Positions 23,805 to 34,189 of a stretch of DNA of 64,000 bases are shown piece after piece (the first letter of the stretch is position 1; each line of letters begins with the position of its first letter). Made by a program: the position numbers and the translations under genes. A model generated the notes under the pieces. The model was not told where the DNA came from, made no database searches, and saw only the letters and a program-made list of their open reading frames with translations. The DNA is from Shigella phage Z31: sequence record MN655999, one strand, 5' to 3'.

Positions 23805-25949
23805 TTACATAGAAACCCTGTCACGAATCTCAGCAATTTTTGCATCATTCATTCGGGATTCACCTTTAATCTTAGTCCATCCAAGATAACCACACACCCT
23901 GTTAATCACAGAGATATCATGTGAATGGCAAACCTCACATTCTTCAACATCAGCCTTTGGTCTGTTACCACAATGTTCACAGATTGCTAAGTCAAAGTTA
24001 AGTCCCTGATAAAAACCTTTCAACATGCCTCTTGTAATACAACTTTTAAGTGCTGGTAAGTTTTCTGGGTTAGCTACCCTTACATACTGGATTCTGCCAC
24101 CTCTACAGATATGGAAGAATGGCTCTTCTAAGTCCTGCTTCTCAAATGGTGAGATGTCTGCTGCAACATTCATATGGAAACTGTTTGTAAAGTATTCCTT
24201 GTCAGAAACTCCTTTAATAACACCAAACATATCTCTGAACTGTTTTAGCTGAGTTCCACACAATGACTCTGCTGGAGTGCCATAGACTGCATACAGGAAA
24301 CCATCTTCATTCTTAAACTCTTCAGTTTTCATGTTAATGTATGCTAGAACATCGTATGCAAAACTAGAACTTCCAACTTCATGAAGTCGTTTACCTTCAG
24401 CAAGAACAGATAACTCATCAAGAGCAGTAACCCCAAAAGAAGCTGTGAAGGACTTCACGATATCCCAACCAACCTTGTCAGTAGGTTTCTTAGTTCCTTT
24501 GTACAATCCTCCTTGTGTGAATGCCAGAGGGTTAGAACTTGCTGGCATATTGGCAATCATTTCGTAACGTTTCTTATGGAAGCTGCGAATCATTTCTAGG
24601 TACTTATCAAGCTCTTTCCAGAAATCTAAACCATTCTCTTTAGAATACTGGTAAATCATTGGTAAGTTCAAAGATACAGCACCAATGTTAGCACGACCAA
24701 CGTAGAACTCTTCTCCATTCTCGTTAAGATATGGGGATAAGAAAGCTCTGCAACCCATCGGTGAAATTACCTTGCCAGAACGCTCAAAAGCCTCTGCTAC
24801 AGCACCGTGACCAGATACGCTTAAGAAATCTGGATACATCGCTTTAGAGCAACACTCAATAGCTTTACTGTACAAGTGGCCTTGACAGATATTTTCATCA
24901 TGTCTCTTCTGGTCATGAATATAAACCAGTTTAGGGAATACAACAGGCTTCTTACTCTTACCTTGTCCATTCATGCGAACATCAAGAATGGTGTTTGCAA
25001 TCATATATTGCAGTCGGTTGTCTTCATTAGACATATCTGAGTCAAGTAATCCGAATGTCAAAGTTGTAAATGCGAAATCACCACGGCTACAAGGTACAGT
25101 ATTTAGTTTCATTTCGAGTGACTGGAAACCCTGAGTTAATTCAAGCTGTAGCTGCTCCATGACATAATTGTGGTAATGTTCTTTAGGAATACCGTAAGAT
25201 GCTGCTTTCTCAGCATGATAGCGTAGAGACTTCTTAGCATACGGTACAAGCACCTTATCAATCTCTGCTAAAGTAAAACCGCCAAATTGCTGTGCAGTTG
25301 CTGAAAGAACTACATCACCGATAACTTGTAAGGCTGACAGTACAGACTTCGGTTCACAGTATTCGATGCCAGACATTTCAAAGCCACCTTTCAGTACTTT
25401 ACCAATGTCGAACAGGCAACAGTTAATCCCACCAAAAATTAGGTCTCTTAAGTCATGGATGTAGATAAACCCTTTTTCAATGGCTTCGAGTTCCTCTGGT
25501 GTTAAATGGTATTGTTTAAAGATTTCTTTAGTCAGATAGCCACGAATAATTGAACCTTTTGTAGAAATTAAACTGCTGTCAAAGTTAGCATTTTCACGGT
25601 CACCTAAGAAGAGTGTGTCTTTAGTCTTTTGGTAAAGCTCATCCCAATTTTGAGCAACCTCTTTACGGTAATTTCTATATGTTGAGTAAGACTCATAAAT
25701 CTCGTGATTGACTTCTGCCAAAGCACCTTCAACGATACTGTGGATATCATTTACCGAGATGAGTAAGTTATTCTGCTTAGTGGACTTTACCAGAATCCTC
25801 ATAAATGCTGATTCAAGTGCTTGGGTAACATCTGGTGGAAGTTCTTTATACCCAACTCTGTTAGCTGACTTAGTTACTGCTGCTAAAACTTTTTTGATAT
25901 CCGGTTCTTCAAGTGAGCCATTCTTTTTAATAATTTGTACTTTGTTCAT
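23805..25949 (-). CDS. nrdD: anaerobic ribonucleoside-triphosphate reductase
   Basis: N-terminal ATP-cone-like segment; C-terminal Cys cluster CEHCGN...CEVC and glycyl-radical motif RVCGYLG. Confidence 0.9.
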   Translation of the reverse strand: MNKVQIIKKNGSLEEPDIKKVLAAVTKSANRVGYKELPPDVTQALESAFMRILVKSTKQNNLLISVNDIHSIVEGALAEVNHEIYESYSTYRNYRKEVAQNWDELYQKTKDTLFLGDRENANFDSSLISTKGSIIRGYLTKEIFKQYHLTPEELEAIEKGFIYIHDLRDLIFGGINCCLFDIGKVLKGGFEMSGIEYCEPKSVLSALQVIGDVVLSATAQQFGGFTLAEIDKVLVPYAKKSLRYHAEKAASYGIPKEHYHNYVMEQLQLELTQGFQSLEMKLNTVPCSRGDFAFTTLTFGLLDSDMSNEDNRLQYMIANTILDVRMNGQGKSKKPVVFPKLVYIHDQKRHDENICQGHLYSKAIECCSKAMYPDFLSVSGHGAVAEAFERSGKVISPMGCRAFLSPYLNENGEEFYVGRANIGAVSLNLPMIYQYSKENGLDFWKELDKYLEMIRSFHKKRYEMIANMPASSNPLAFTQGGLYKGTKKPTDKVGWDIVKSFTASFGVTALDELSVLAEGKRLHEVGSSSFAYDVLAYINMKTEEFKNEDGFLYAVYGTPAESLCGTQLKQFRDMFGVIKGVSDKEYFTNSFHMNVAADISPFEKQDLEEPFFHICRGGRIQYVRVANPENLPALKSCITRGMLKGFYQGLNFDLAICEHCGNRPKADVEECEVCHSHDISVINRVCGYLGWTKIKGESRMNDAKIAEIRDRVSM

Positions 25950-25970
25950 TATTGCCCCTTTACATGCTAA

Positions 25971-25992
25971 AAAGGTCTCCGAAGAGACCCTT
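25971..25992 (-). terminator. intrinsic terminator GGUCUC-UUCG-GAGACC + U-run
   Basis: Hairpin 25974-25989. Confidence 0.55.
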
Positions 25993-25997
25993 TCATT

Positions 25998-26204
25998 TTA
26001 AATCTTTTTAGAAAACTTCGAAAAGAGTTCTCTTAGTTTTTCAGTGATGCCTAACTGTATCTCTAATATTTCAAAGATAACCCATAGTAACATGGCTCCA
26101 AACAATGAACCTTGTTCAAAATCAGTAAATAGGTTAACAACAAGCATACCAATCACAATAGCTGGTGCATCAACAACCAAACCTTCCCAAAGGCGTTTAA
26201 GCAT
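25998..26204 (-). CDS. small membrane protein (68 aa)
   Basis: Two hydrophobic helices. Confidence 0.4.
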   Translation of the reverse strand: MLKRLWEGLVVDAPAIVIGMLVVNLFTDFEQGSLFGAMLLWVIFEILEIQLGITEKLRELFSKFSKKI

Positions 26205-26439
26205 TATTCACCTCTGCCATAAAATTCTGTAGCGTTCCAACAGGTTTTAGATTTTGACCATCAGTTTTCATGATGAATGGCATCTGACGAACTGGCATCT
26301 GTGCAATATCAATCAGGTCTGACAGTTCATAATCCTGCCCCAACATTCTCACAACATGGTCAATACCACGAGCTTTTGCAAAATTCTTTGCGGTCTCACA
26401 TTGAGGGCATCCAGTTTTGGAGTAAATTACATAAGTCAT
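26197..26439 (-). CDS. glutaredoxin/NrdH-like redoxin
   Basis: CPQC active-site motif near N-terminus; 80 aa; between nrdB and nrdD. Confidence 0.75.
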   Translation of the reverse strand: MTYVIYSKTGCPQCETAKNFAKARGIDHVVRMLGQDYELSDLIDIAQMPVRQMPFIMKTDGQNLKPVGTLQNFMAEVNNA

Positions 26440-27512
26440 TAAGGAACCTCTAAAAATCCACTATTCAAATCATCTACAACAGTATTCAATAAATACGCAC
26501 CATTCTGTTGCTCCTGATTAGCATTCTGCTCTTTGTCAATTTCCATCTTCTTAATCATATACTTCAAAGGTGGTTCTTTAGGAGCTACAAAATCTCTGGG
26601 AATGCCAAACATATCATACAGAGGGGCAGCATTATAGTAAACCCACTCATGAAGAAGCTTTGTATTTAATCCAACTACAGCGCGTCCTTCGGAGAAGATA
26701 TAATACGACCATTTCTCTTCGCTTTCAACTACTTCATCTAAGATTACTTTAATCTCTGGTAGAATTTGTTGGAAAGCTTTTTGCCACTCATCATCTCTTA
26801 AAGTTTCTTTTAAAACTTCAATATCAATTTTAGTGTGAAGGATTTCGTCAAGCATAATTTTCTGTACAGCTTGAGCGATACCTTGAAATTTATCTTGAGC
26901 ATCAAGTGCAAAAGTACATGCAAAGGATGCCATAAAAGAAATACCTTCAAGTGCAGTCACTGCAAATAGACCTTTTAGAATCACTTTATGGAAGTGTAAA
27001 GGGTCTTTGTCCAGAAGTGAATCACGGACATAACTCAGGCGATAGTTTATACCTTCATCCAGTAATTCTTCAAGAACACGATTCACAGTTTTTAATCGGT
27101 CTTGTACAGCAACATTCTGGTTAATCTCATCTAAGATTGTTTCAGGGTTTTTAATACATTGCCTTACAATCTCTGAGTAAGTAAGGGCATGTAGGTTTTC
27201 AATCTCAGACTGCTTCATAATTGCAGTTGCATAAATGTCATCAGAGATGAATGGCGCAAAGGCGAATGCCAAGCTCTTAGCAACTTGAGTATCTGCTTCC
27301 CATTGCCACTTAAGAATCTCAAGCATTACACCTGACATTGATGCTGGCACACTCTCAAAATCAAGACGTGATTGTTCAAAAGGGAACTCATCTTCTGACC
27401 AGTCTTGTGCTTTTTGTTGTTTATATAGTTCAAAGATTTTTGGGTAGTGTTTATTAAGTGAGTCAAACGTCTTTCTCTCACCACCTAAAAAGATTGGGTG
27501 TTGGTTAATCAT
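26439..27512 (-). CDS. nrdB: ribonucleoside-diphosphate reductase beta subunit
   Basis: Track ORF 26439..27572 (TTG); preferred ATG at 27512 with RBS AGGAG; ferritin-like R2 protein by size and position next to nrdA. Confidence 0.8.
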   Translation of the reverse strand: MINQHPIFLGGERKTFDSLNKHYPKIFELYKQQKAQDWSEDEFPFEQSRLDFESVPASMSGVMLEILKWQWEADTQVAKSLAFAFAPFISDDIYATAIMKQSEIENLHALTYSEIVRQCIKNPETILDEINQNVAVQDRLKTVNRVLEELLDEGINYRLSYVRDSLLDKDPLHFHKVILKGLFAVTALEGISFMASFACTFALDAQDKFQGIAQAVQKIMLDEILHTKIDIEVLKETLRDDEWQKAFQQILPEIKVILDEVVESEEKWSYYIFSEGRAVVGLNTKLLHEWVYYNAAPLYDMFGIPRDFVAPKEPPLKYMIKKMEIDKEQNANQEQQNGAYLLNTVVDDLNSGFLEVP

Positions 27513-27766
27513 AGTGTGATTTCTCCTTTCTTTATCATCTCTAAGGCTTGTTTTCTGTCTAAAACTTCCCAATTTTCTTTGTTAAACATGTCATAAGGTC
27601 TTGCATAGATTTTACCATCTGCTGTAGAGATGTAAGAGACACCAGCGACCCATGAGTCATCATTTTGTTTTATCATCATGTCTGTGCTGCTCACATAGTA
27701 CATCGTTTTCCGAGGTTTATGGAGCAAATATATGGGCCACTCATGATTTGCTATTAAATCTTTCAT
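27509..27766 (-). CDS. small hypothetical protein (85 aa) between nrdA and nrdB
   Basis: Internal ATG of track ORF 27509..27850 with RBS GGAG; stop overlaps nrdB start (ATGA). Confidence 0.35.
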   Translation of the reverse strand: MKDLIANHEWPIYLLHKPRKTMYYVSSTDMMIKQNDDSWVAGVSYISTADGKIYARPYDMFNKENWEVLDRKQALEMIKKGEITL

Positions 27767-27821
27767 AGTTTCTCCAAAGTTAATTTTAGAGGGTCTTTTA
27801 CGACCCTCGTAGTTATTAAAA

Positions 27822-30056
27822 CTAAACACCACAACCCTCGCAATAAGCATCTTGCAGTGCAGATTTACCTACACCAATGCGACTGTTAAGATAGTACATG
27901 GTTTTCATACCTACTGAGTTGGCATAAATCATGTACTTCAAAGCTTGAGCCAATGATACCTTCTTAGACTTTGCATAGTCAACATAGAAATCTGAAGAGA
28001 TAGCTTGACCAGTGAACTTTTGAACAATTGCATAACAATCAATCAGGTCAAAGGTGTCAATATCCCAAGCAATTTCATAGACATACTTCAACTCTTCGTA
28101 ATCTGGAACAATAAACAGTACGTTACCAGTTGCAGACTTTTTAGTTAAAATAAAGTCACGAATTGGGTACAAACCATTTGTTGTATTAGTTGCCAGTGAA
28201 GAACTCTCATTAGGCATGTAAGCTTCTAATACAGAGTTACGGATTCCACCATTTTCTTTAATACGTTGTGCTAAGTCATCCCAATCATAACGAAGTTTTG
28301 CATCATGCTTCTCATCAATCTTCCTGTTAGCTGTTTTCGGAGGAACCCAACCTTCAGGATACTTAGTGAACTGCATATACTCAGGTACACCACGTTCTTT
28401 AGCAAGTCTTAAAGAAGCTTCGTGTAAGTAGTAAGAGTGCATTTCAGCAAGCTCATGAAGCTTCGTCTTACCTGCTCTTGAAGAGTAGTTCACGTAGTTT
28501 TTCGCAAGGTAATGAGCCACATTTGTAAGGCCAATCCCAACAGAACGACGCTTCTGAACATGGTTACGCATCGACGGATACGGATAATCCATAAGGTCAA
28601 TAACGGAGTCAACCATTGCAAGAGCATAATAAGCAACGTCAGCGTATTCATCTTCTGAAATTCTCCCTGCAACCAAACTAGCTAGGAAGCAAAGAGCTAC
28701 CTCACCATCCTCTTTCACAGCATCATCTCTGTAAAGGTCTGTCTCTTTCTCAAAGCCGTACACTGGCAACACAATTTCCATACAAAGATTTGACATCTTC
28801 AAAGGTTCTTTAAATGGTGTATGTGTGTTTGCATTGTTTGTGAAGAATGGATACACACGGCCTGTTGCATAACGCTGCTGGATAAACAGTTTAGCAATTT
28901 CACGAGCCTTTACTCGTCTGTGCTTAACACCTGAATGCACTGCATGACCAACTGCCATAGCAAACTCATCAGCAGATGCTGTGTAGAACATGTCATAGAG
29001 CTTTGGTGCATCCTTGTAAGAGAATAACAACCAGTCTGTATCATATTGAACACACTGCCAGAAGTAATCATTTGTACCAAATGAGTAGTCCATCTCGTTA
29101 ATACGTTTCGAAGGAACCGTTGTAGGGTGCTTCAAACGCAGTAAATCTTCAATCTGTGGGTCGAGAGCAGTGTAGAAGTTGTTAGCTGAACCACCACGGC
29201 TCTTTTGTTTGTTTGCCTCTACAGATGAACGTACAAGCTTGTAATAAGGCAGTTTACCCATGTGCTCAATAGTATTTTGACGGATACCATCGCCAATAGT
29301 GCGAGTCTCCATCAGCATCCCAATACCAGCTTGCTTTGTAGTCATATCATAAGCAACCTTTGCAGCAATACCGAGTGATTCAGCGGTATCATTCGCTTTA
29401 ATCAAACAGCATGACGCATAACCTGATTTAGTAGCTCTTAAACCATTCAGATAAGGCGTAGGAGCATTAATCTTCAGGTCAGATAGGTAAGTGTACAGCT
29501 TGATAACATCTTGCAGTCTACGGTGCTTTGGTTGCTTCTCAAAGGCTTTCATAGCCATACCCATAAACATAAATTGTGGTGACTCAAAAAGTCTTCCCGT
29601 TTTAATATCACGGATACCATACTTGTCTCTGAACTGTTTCAGGACTGCATAACCGTAAGAGATATCTTTTGAGTGCACAATGTACCCTTGCAGGTATTCA
29701 AGCTCTTCCTGAGAATAGTCCATCTTCTCCCAAAGTCCTGCTCTCTCCATATTTTTAACGAAGGTAACCAGCGTAGGAACTTTAGTAAAGCCTCCAAAGG
29801 CTTCTTTGTAGATAATCCCCAGAAGTAGCCGCCCAGCCATGTCTGAGTACTCTTGAGTTTGCTTATCAACACAAACATCAATCATGGCTTGGTGCATCTC
29901 TTTTGTAGTGCAACCTTCATAGACACGTTTCATGGCTTCCATAGTGACTTCTGACCAGATAATACCACGCTTATCTGCCCATGATGCCCACTTATTCAGT
30001 CTTTCTGGGTCAAAGTTTACTACTGTACCGTTTGATTTTTTAATTGTCTTAATCAT
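27822..30056 (-). CDS. nrdA: ribonucleoside-diphosphate reductase alpha subunit
   Basis: 744 aa; N-terminal ATP-cone-like region; C-terminal CEGCGV tail. Confidence 0.9.
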   Translation of the reverse strand: MIKTIKKSNGTVVNFDPERLNKWASWADKRGIIWSEVTMEAMKRVYEGCTTKEMHQAMIDVCVDKQTQEYSDMAGRLLLGIIYKEAFGGFTKVPTLVTFVKNMERAGLWEKMDYSQEELEYLQGYIVHSKDISYGYAVLKQFRDKYGIRDIKTGRLFESPQFMFMGMAMKAFEKQPKHRRLQDVIKLYTYLSDLKINAPTPYLNGLRATKSGYASCCLIKANDTAESLGIAAKVAYDMTTKQAGIGMLMETRTIGDGIRQNTIEHMGKLPYYKLVRSSVEANKQKSRGGSANNFYTALDPQIEDLLRLKHPTTVPSKRINEMDYSFGTNDYFWQCVQYDTDWLLFSYKDAPKLYDMFYTASADEFAMAVGHAVHSGVKHRRVKAREIAKLFIQQRYATGRVYPFFTNNANTHTPFKEPLKMSNLCMEIVLPVYGFEKETDLYRDDAVKEDGEVALCFLASLVAGRISEDEYADVAYYALAMVDSVIDLMDYPYPSMRNHVQKRRSVGIGLTNVAHYLAKNYVNYSSRAGKTKLHELAEMHSYYLHEASLRLAKERGVPEYMQFTKYPEGWVPPKTANRKIDEKHDAKLRYDWDDLAQRIKENGGIRNSVLEAYMPNESSSLATNTTNGLYPIRDFILTKKSATGNVLFIVPDYEELKYVYEIAWDIDTFDLIDCYAIVQKFTGQAISSDFYVDYAKSKKVSLAQALKYMIYANSVGMKTMYYLNSRIGVGKSALQDAYCEGCGV

Positions 30057-30076
30057 TTTTTAAATCCTACAGATGA

Positions 30077-30100
30077 AAAGAGCCTCCGAAGAGGCTCCCT
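30077..30100 (-). terminator. intrinsic terminator GAGCCUC-UUCG-GAGGCUC + U-run
   Basis: Hairpin 30080-30097. Confidence 0.55.
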
Positions 30101-30103
30101 AGT

Positions 30104-30445
30104 TTAAATCTTGAAAATTTGCTCATTCTGCCACATATCGTAAAACTTATCACTTACTTTTGTGACTGAAGAAGTGTGCATACAATTCAGGAAGAACCAT
30201 GATGATGATGTATTATCATCCATAAGTGTTTCAAGTTTTTGTGTAACGTTCACATCCATGTCTGCGACAACGTAATTACCTCGCATCTTGCAAACAATTC
30301 TTCCAAACAAGATTGCACTTCTCCCTCTTCGGTCATCACAGTACATAACTGTGTCTCCGTGCTTAACGTCTTGTCCGATACTGTCAACACCTAACTTAGC
30401 ACCTGAGATAATGTCATCATAAGATAACTTTTTTGCTTTAGACAC
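30104..30445 (-). CDS. hypothetical protein (113 aa)
   Basis: ORF track. Confidence 0.45.
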   Translation of the reverse strand: MSKAKKLSYDDIISGAKLGVDSIGQDVKHGDTVMYCDDRRGRSAILFGRIVCKMRGNYVVADMDVNVTQKLETLMDDNTSSSWFFLNCMHTSSVTKVSDKFYDMWQNEQIFKI

Positions 30446-30770
30446 GGTATTTCTCCAAGTTTCTTTTTAGATATAACCAACCATAGTCGGTTCTTTCTAC
30501 ACCCATGAAGAGTGGAGCCATCACAACTTTACCAAAAGTATTTCTGTGTTGGCAGATTTCAAAGGAATACTCTTTCTCAATATCAATCCCATATTTGTAC
30601 AGGACTGCTTTTAAAACTTGTTCATTATCCAGAAGTGTATCTGGAGTCTCACCATACTTCTCAAGTAACGGGTCATTCATAAACACCGTCATAGAAATAT
30701 TGTAGTTTGAGAAGTGGCTCTTCTGAGCCACACCTTCTTTATTAATGTTCTGTGAATCCATTATAACCAA
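30438..30770 (-). CDS. hypothetical protein (110 aa)
   Basis: ORF track. Confidence 0.45.
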   Translation of the reverse strand: MVIMDSQNINKEGVAQKSHFSNYNISMTVFMNDPLLEKYGETPDTLLDNEQVLKAVLYKYGIDIEKEYSFEICQHRNTFGKVVMAPLFMGVERTDYGWLYLKRNLEKYRV

Positions 30771-31497
30771 CCCCTTTTAACCAGCACTTCAGGTTATTAG
30801 CATCATAATTCAGTTTCGGGTATGAGGTTACATGGAACTGCTCACCATCGTAGTAGACAATATCTGCAATCCATAGTCCATTCTCTTTACAGAAATCTTT
30901 ATCTGCTTTAGAGGTAATTGGATTAACTTCTACAAAACCATCTACACCCAAATCCTTCAAGCTATCTACAATACCTTTGCAGATAACGCATGTCTCAGAT
31001 ACTATCACAAAAAGTTCTTGGCTTTCAAGCTCTACAATGTATTCACCAAGCTGTACTTTAGGAAGATTAGATTGCTTCATAATCTTCCCATCGGCTGCAC
31101 GAACAATTGCATACCACTCTTTACCATCAACCACTGACATTCTGATGATACACTCTTGACCAGTACGCTTCTCAATATCTGCAAGACGTTTTAAAGCTTC
31201 TTCATAGTCATCTGTGTACTTCAAGTCATTATTATGGCAAACAGCTTTCATAGCACCGTTATGGTCATGTTGTGACAGATAAATCAAACCATCAAGAACA
31301 TATTGCAAATCTGCCTGAGCATCCAGTGTCTCAATGGGGTCTTTCTCTTCAATTGCTTTTACAAGCTCTTTTGCTTCTTCAAGCATACACAGAGACTGGG
31401 ATTTTAAAGATTCCCAATACTCATCACTGTAAGGTTGCTTTTGAGTGTTTCCACAACGAAGATTCCAGTTTTTTACTGCTTCTCTTGAGTTAAACAT
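30742..31497 (-). CDS. two-domain protein with C-terminal thioredoxin-like CxxC (251 aa)
   Basis: ORF track; CVICKG motif in C-terminal half. Confidence 0.45.
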   Translation of the reverse strand: MFNSREAVKNWNLRCGNTQKQPYSDEYWESLKSQSLCMLEEAKELVKAIEEKDPIETLDAQADLQYVLDGLIYLSQHDHNGAMKAVCHNNDLKYTDDYEEALKRLADIEKRTGQECIIRMSVVDGKEWYAIVRAADGKIMKQSNLPKVQLGEYIVELESQELFVIVSETCVICKGIVDSLKDLGVDGFVEVNPITSKADKDFCKENGLWIADIVYYDGEQFHVTSYPKLNYDANNLKCWLKGVGYNGFTEH

Positions 31498-31735
31498 TTG
31501 GACTCCTTAAAAATCTGTTAACCTTTAGCTCTCGTGTTTCAATATATTCCAGATGCTCACGTAGCTCTTGACGTTTAAGCATTAGGTGCTGCATTTGAGA
31601 CTCAACAGCTTCAACTTCTTTAATTATTGACTCTCTGGCATTTGCAAGAATGCGCTCAAGTTCTTCAATCTTGCTGTCAACCTTTGCTACATGACTAACA
31701 GCTTTACTTTTGTTAAACATTTTATTCTCTCTCAA
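31490..31735 (-). CDS. small coiled-coil protein (81 aa)
   Basis: ORF track. Confidence 0.4.
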   Translation of the reverse strand: MRENKMFNKSKAVSHVAKVDSKIEELERILANARESIIKEVEAVESQMQHLMLKRQELREHLEYIETRELKVNRFLRSPNV

Positions 31736-31741
31736 TAGTTA

Positions 31742-32239
31742 TCAAGCACAGTTTGCTTTCATTACCTTATGGATTCTTTTTTCAGCATCTTCATAAGTTT
31801 CTTTAGTGATAAACTTAATTGCTGCAATATTGGCATTGTAGAAGAGTCTGAGCTTAGAGTCAATCCTTTTTGTCATTACATCGAATTTATGTTGGAGGTT
31901 TGCTTCACCATAAACTAGACCACCTTTCGTGTAGTAGGTTTGTATAATGTAAAAGTCAAAAAATTCTTTTCCAAAGCTCTCAATATCTTTTTTAATATAC
32001 TCAGAAGAAGTCTCATAAGTCATCCAATCACTCTCCTTAGTGACTACCTTCTTCCGAGTCTTGCCAGCAACTTTTCTTTTGGTCACGCTATTAAGCTGTT
32101 TCTTTCCAATATAATATTGTCCGGTTTTCTTACAGTGTACTAAGTAGACAAAACCAAAATGTTTAGTGGGGTCAACTTCCCCACATAAAGATACCCAATG
32201 ACCATAGGTAGGACAATTGCCAAATCCTTTAATCTTCAT
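31742..32239 (-). CDS. GIY-YIG-like nuclease domain protein (possible homing endonuclease)
   Basis: FGFVYLVHCKKTGQYYIGKK resembles the GIY..YIG module. Confidence 0.5.
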   Translation of the reverse strand: MKIKGFGNCPTYGHWVSLCGEVDPTKHFGFVYLVHCKKTGQYYIGKKQLNSVTKRKVAGKTRKKVVTKESDWMTYETSSEYIKKDIESFGKEFFDFYIIQTYYTKGGLVYGEANLQHKFDVMTKRIDSKLRLFYNANIAAIKFITKETYEDAEKRIHKVMKANCA

Positions 32240-33269
32240 TCATACACGGCTCCCAATTATATTTCTTAAAAGAGAAATTATCTTTTGGATTTCTCTCTTG
32301 ATATGCTATCCAGAAATGCTGTTCCATTAACTCTAATGGCGTTTTGGTAACAGTCTGCCCATCCCATGATACATAGGTGTATGACTCTTTTTTAGCATAG
32401 AGTTCATAGATAGCATCGAGGCACTCTTTGTAGGTCTCTTTACCATCTAAAGCATTCATCACAGCTACTTTGCCAGCACCTTTAAGGCCAAAGTAGTTGT
32501 CTGCATTATCTCCAGCAACAGCCTGATAACACAAAAATTTAAAACCTACACCAACTGTTTTTGCAGCTTTTGGTTTTGATTTGATAGGGCAATCCCAGAT
32601 ATCACCGACATTATTGTCAGCAATGAAAATTAGTGGTGACTTTTCATAAGTCATATCAATACAATAAGTCCCTTCAGCTTGTCGAAGGTCTTTGTCAATA
32701 CTCATAAGAGCAGCTTTCTTACCCATCTTTTCAGCTTTAGCAATTACGATTGAGTCAGCTTCGAAGCCACCTTTTAAGAGCTTGAACTCTGGTCTGGATA
32801 AAAGATATTCACGACAAGCGACTAAATGTGTTGGTGTAACAGCATCTTTACGGTTACCTTGATATTGGTGCTCAAGACCTTTAACGTCTTTATGTTTATG
32901 TACACCTTTCTCTGTTAAGTAACCTACCCAAGTTCTTTCTTTACCAACAACCTTAAGCCATTCCTGAAGAACCTGCTGAGTAGCCATGATAGCTTCTTTT
33001 TCACTCTTAGCTTCTTTCCAAGTCTGTCTTTCCCATTCATCTTCATCAAATGCTAGGCCAAGCTCTTCTACAAGGATTCTCTGGTCTGCTAACCATCTTG
33101 CAGCATCTTTTGCATTATCAAATGATTCAGATTCTTCTGCTGTGAGTTTATTGACATATTTATATTTTGCTTTCTCAACTACACAAGCACCTTTATAGGC
33201 AATACTGTCAGAGTCAATAAAGACATGTGTAACTGAATCGGGAAGTTTTTTTAATGTGTACTTCTCCAT
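32229..33269 (-). CDS. 5'-3' exonuclease / RNase H (FEN-family flap endonuclease)
   Basis: N-terminal acidic cluster VFIDSDSIAYKGA; H3TH-like AVAGDNADNYFGLKGAGKVA. Confidence 0.7.
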   Translation of the reverse strand: MEKYTLKKLPDSVTHVFIDSDSIAYKGACVVEKAKYKYVNKLTAEESESFDNAKDAARWLADQRILVEELGLAFDEDEWERQTWKEAKSEKEAIMATQQVLQEWLKVVGKERTWVGYLTEKGVHKHKDVKGLEHQYQGNRKDAVTPTHLVACREYLLSRPEFKLLKGGFEADSIVIAKAEKMGKKAALMSIDKDLRQAEGTYCIDMTYEKSPLIFIADNNVGDIWDCPIKSKPKAAKTVGVGFKFLCYQAVAGDNADNYFGLKGAGKVAVMNALDGKETYKECLDAIYELYAKKESYTYVSWDGQTVTKTPLELMEQHFWIAYQERNPKDNFSFKKYNWEPCMNED

Positions 33270-33287
33270 TGTGACTCTCCATATGAA

Positions 33288-33314
33288 AAAGCCCCATACT
33301 AAGTACAGGGCTTT
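33288..33314 (-). terminator. possible intrinsic terminator (7-bp stem, 13-nt loop, U-run)
   Basis: AAAGCCC ... GGGCTTT with minus-strand U tract. Confidence 0.4.
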
Positions 33315-33331
33315 AAAGTAACTTTTATAGA

Positions 33332-34189
33332 TTAGTCTTCTGTATCAAAGTCTTCATCTTCTTCGTCATCTGGGTCTGGTAAGTCTTCATCGTCACCATC
33401 ATCAGAATCATTCGAAGGTTTGTGGTCTTTTGCGTCTTCTTCAGTGATTTCACCGTTATCTTCAACACCGTCAAGACCAAGCATAGCCAGTTCGTCTTCA
33501 TCCAGTTCAGGTTCACCGTTAGCACCGTTACCACCAGTGTAAGGTACAAGAGTATCAATGATAAACTGTTCCTGAATAGGTTTTGTCAGAACATTGTTCT
33601 CAAAAGTGTAGAAGTGAGTAGAAAGAATCACACTACCAAAAGAACCGTTACCGACTGCAATATCTGGATGAATTACATCATAGTTCTTGTCATCTTCATG
33701 TTTATCAGATGCTTGAGCTTTGATTTTCTTCATCGGCTGTTTAACAGCTACACGCTTACCATTTACTTCTTCAATCAGCATCACAGGGAATGACTGTTTA
33801 GCTGTCCACACAGCACCATCTTTATAAGCTGCTGCACGACTTACTTTCAAGATGTAGTAAGTGTCTGCTTCAAATGGTGGTTTGCAACCAAACTTCTCTT
33901 CGAAGTCATCTGCATCAACCGCTTCAGTAGTAACTTTATCCCAACCTTCTGGGTTTTTCTTAGACTTAGTGAACTCTTTAAACAGTTTGTTACCATCTTC
34001 TGCCAGAATTGAAACACTGTAGTTGCAGTCTTTGCCTGGGAATTTCTTATCAATGGATTTACCTTTTCCCGGACGTGGTGAAGTGTTCAGGTAATAAAAC
34101 CAGACATCTTTCAGAAGGTAACGCAGAGTTTGACGTTCAGTACCATTGTACTTCTCTACCGGAGCTTTCATTTTAACAACTTTAGACAT
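33332..34189 (-). CDS. putative ssDNA-binding protein with acidic C-terminal tail
   Basis: C-terminal 60 aa almost entirely D/E ending EDFDTED; adjacent to primase-helicase and exonuclease. Confidence 0.4.
   Translation of the reverse strand: MSKVVKMKAPVEKYNGTERQTLRYLLKDVWFYYLNTSPRPGKGKSIDKKFPGKDCNYSVSILAEDGNKLFKEFTKSKKNPEGWDKVTTEAVDADDFEEKFGCKPPFEADTYYILKVSRAAAYKDGAVWTAKQSFPVMLIEEVNGKRVAVKQPMKKIKAQASDKHEDDKNYDVIHPDIAVGNGSFGSVILSTHFYTFENNVLTKPIQEQFIIDTLVPYTGGNGANGEPELDEDELAMLGLDGVEDNGEITEEDAKDHKPSNDSDDGDDEDLPDPDDEEDEDFDTED

Noticed and set aside
27513-27572. TTG start at 27572 for nrdB
   Set aside because: Internal ATG at 27512 has a canonical RBS and gives a typical R2 length; the upstream extension overlaps the preceding small ORF.
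28490-29881. Minus-strand ORFs 28490..28672 and 29639..29881
   Set aside because: Alternative frames fully inside nrdA.
33325-33793. ORFs 33325..33558 (-) and 33422..33793 (+)
   Set aside because: Overlap the SSB-like gene; translations are low complexity.
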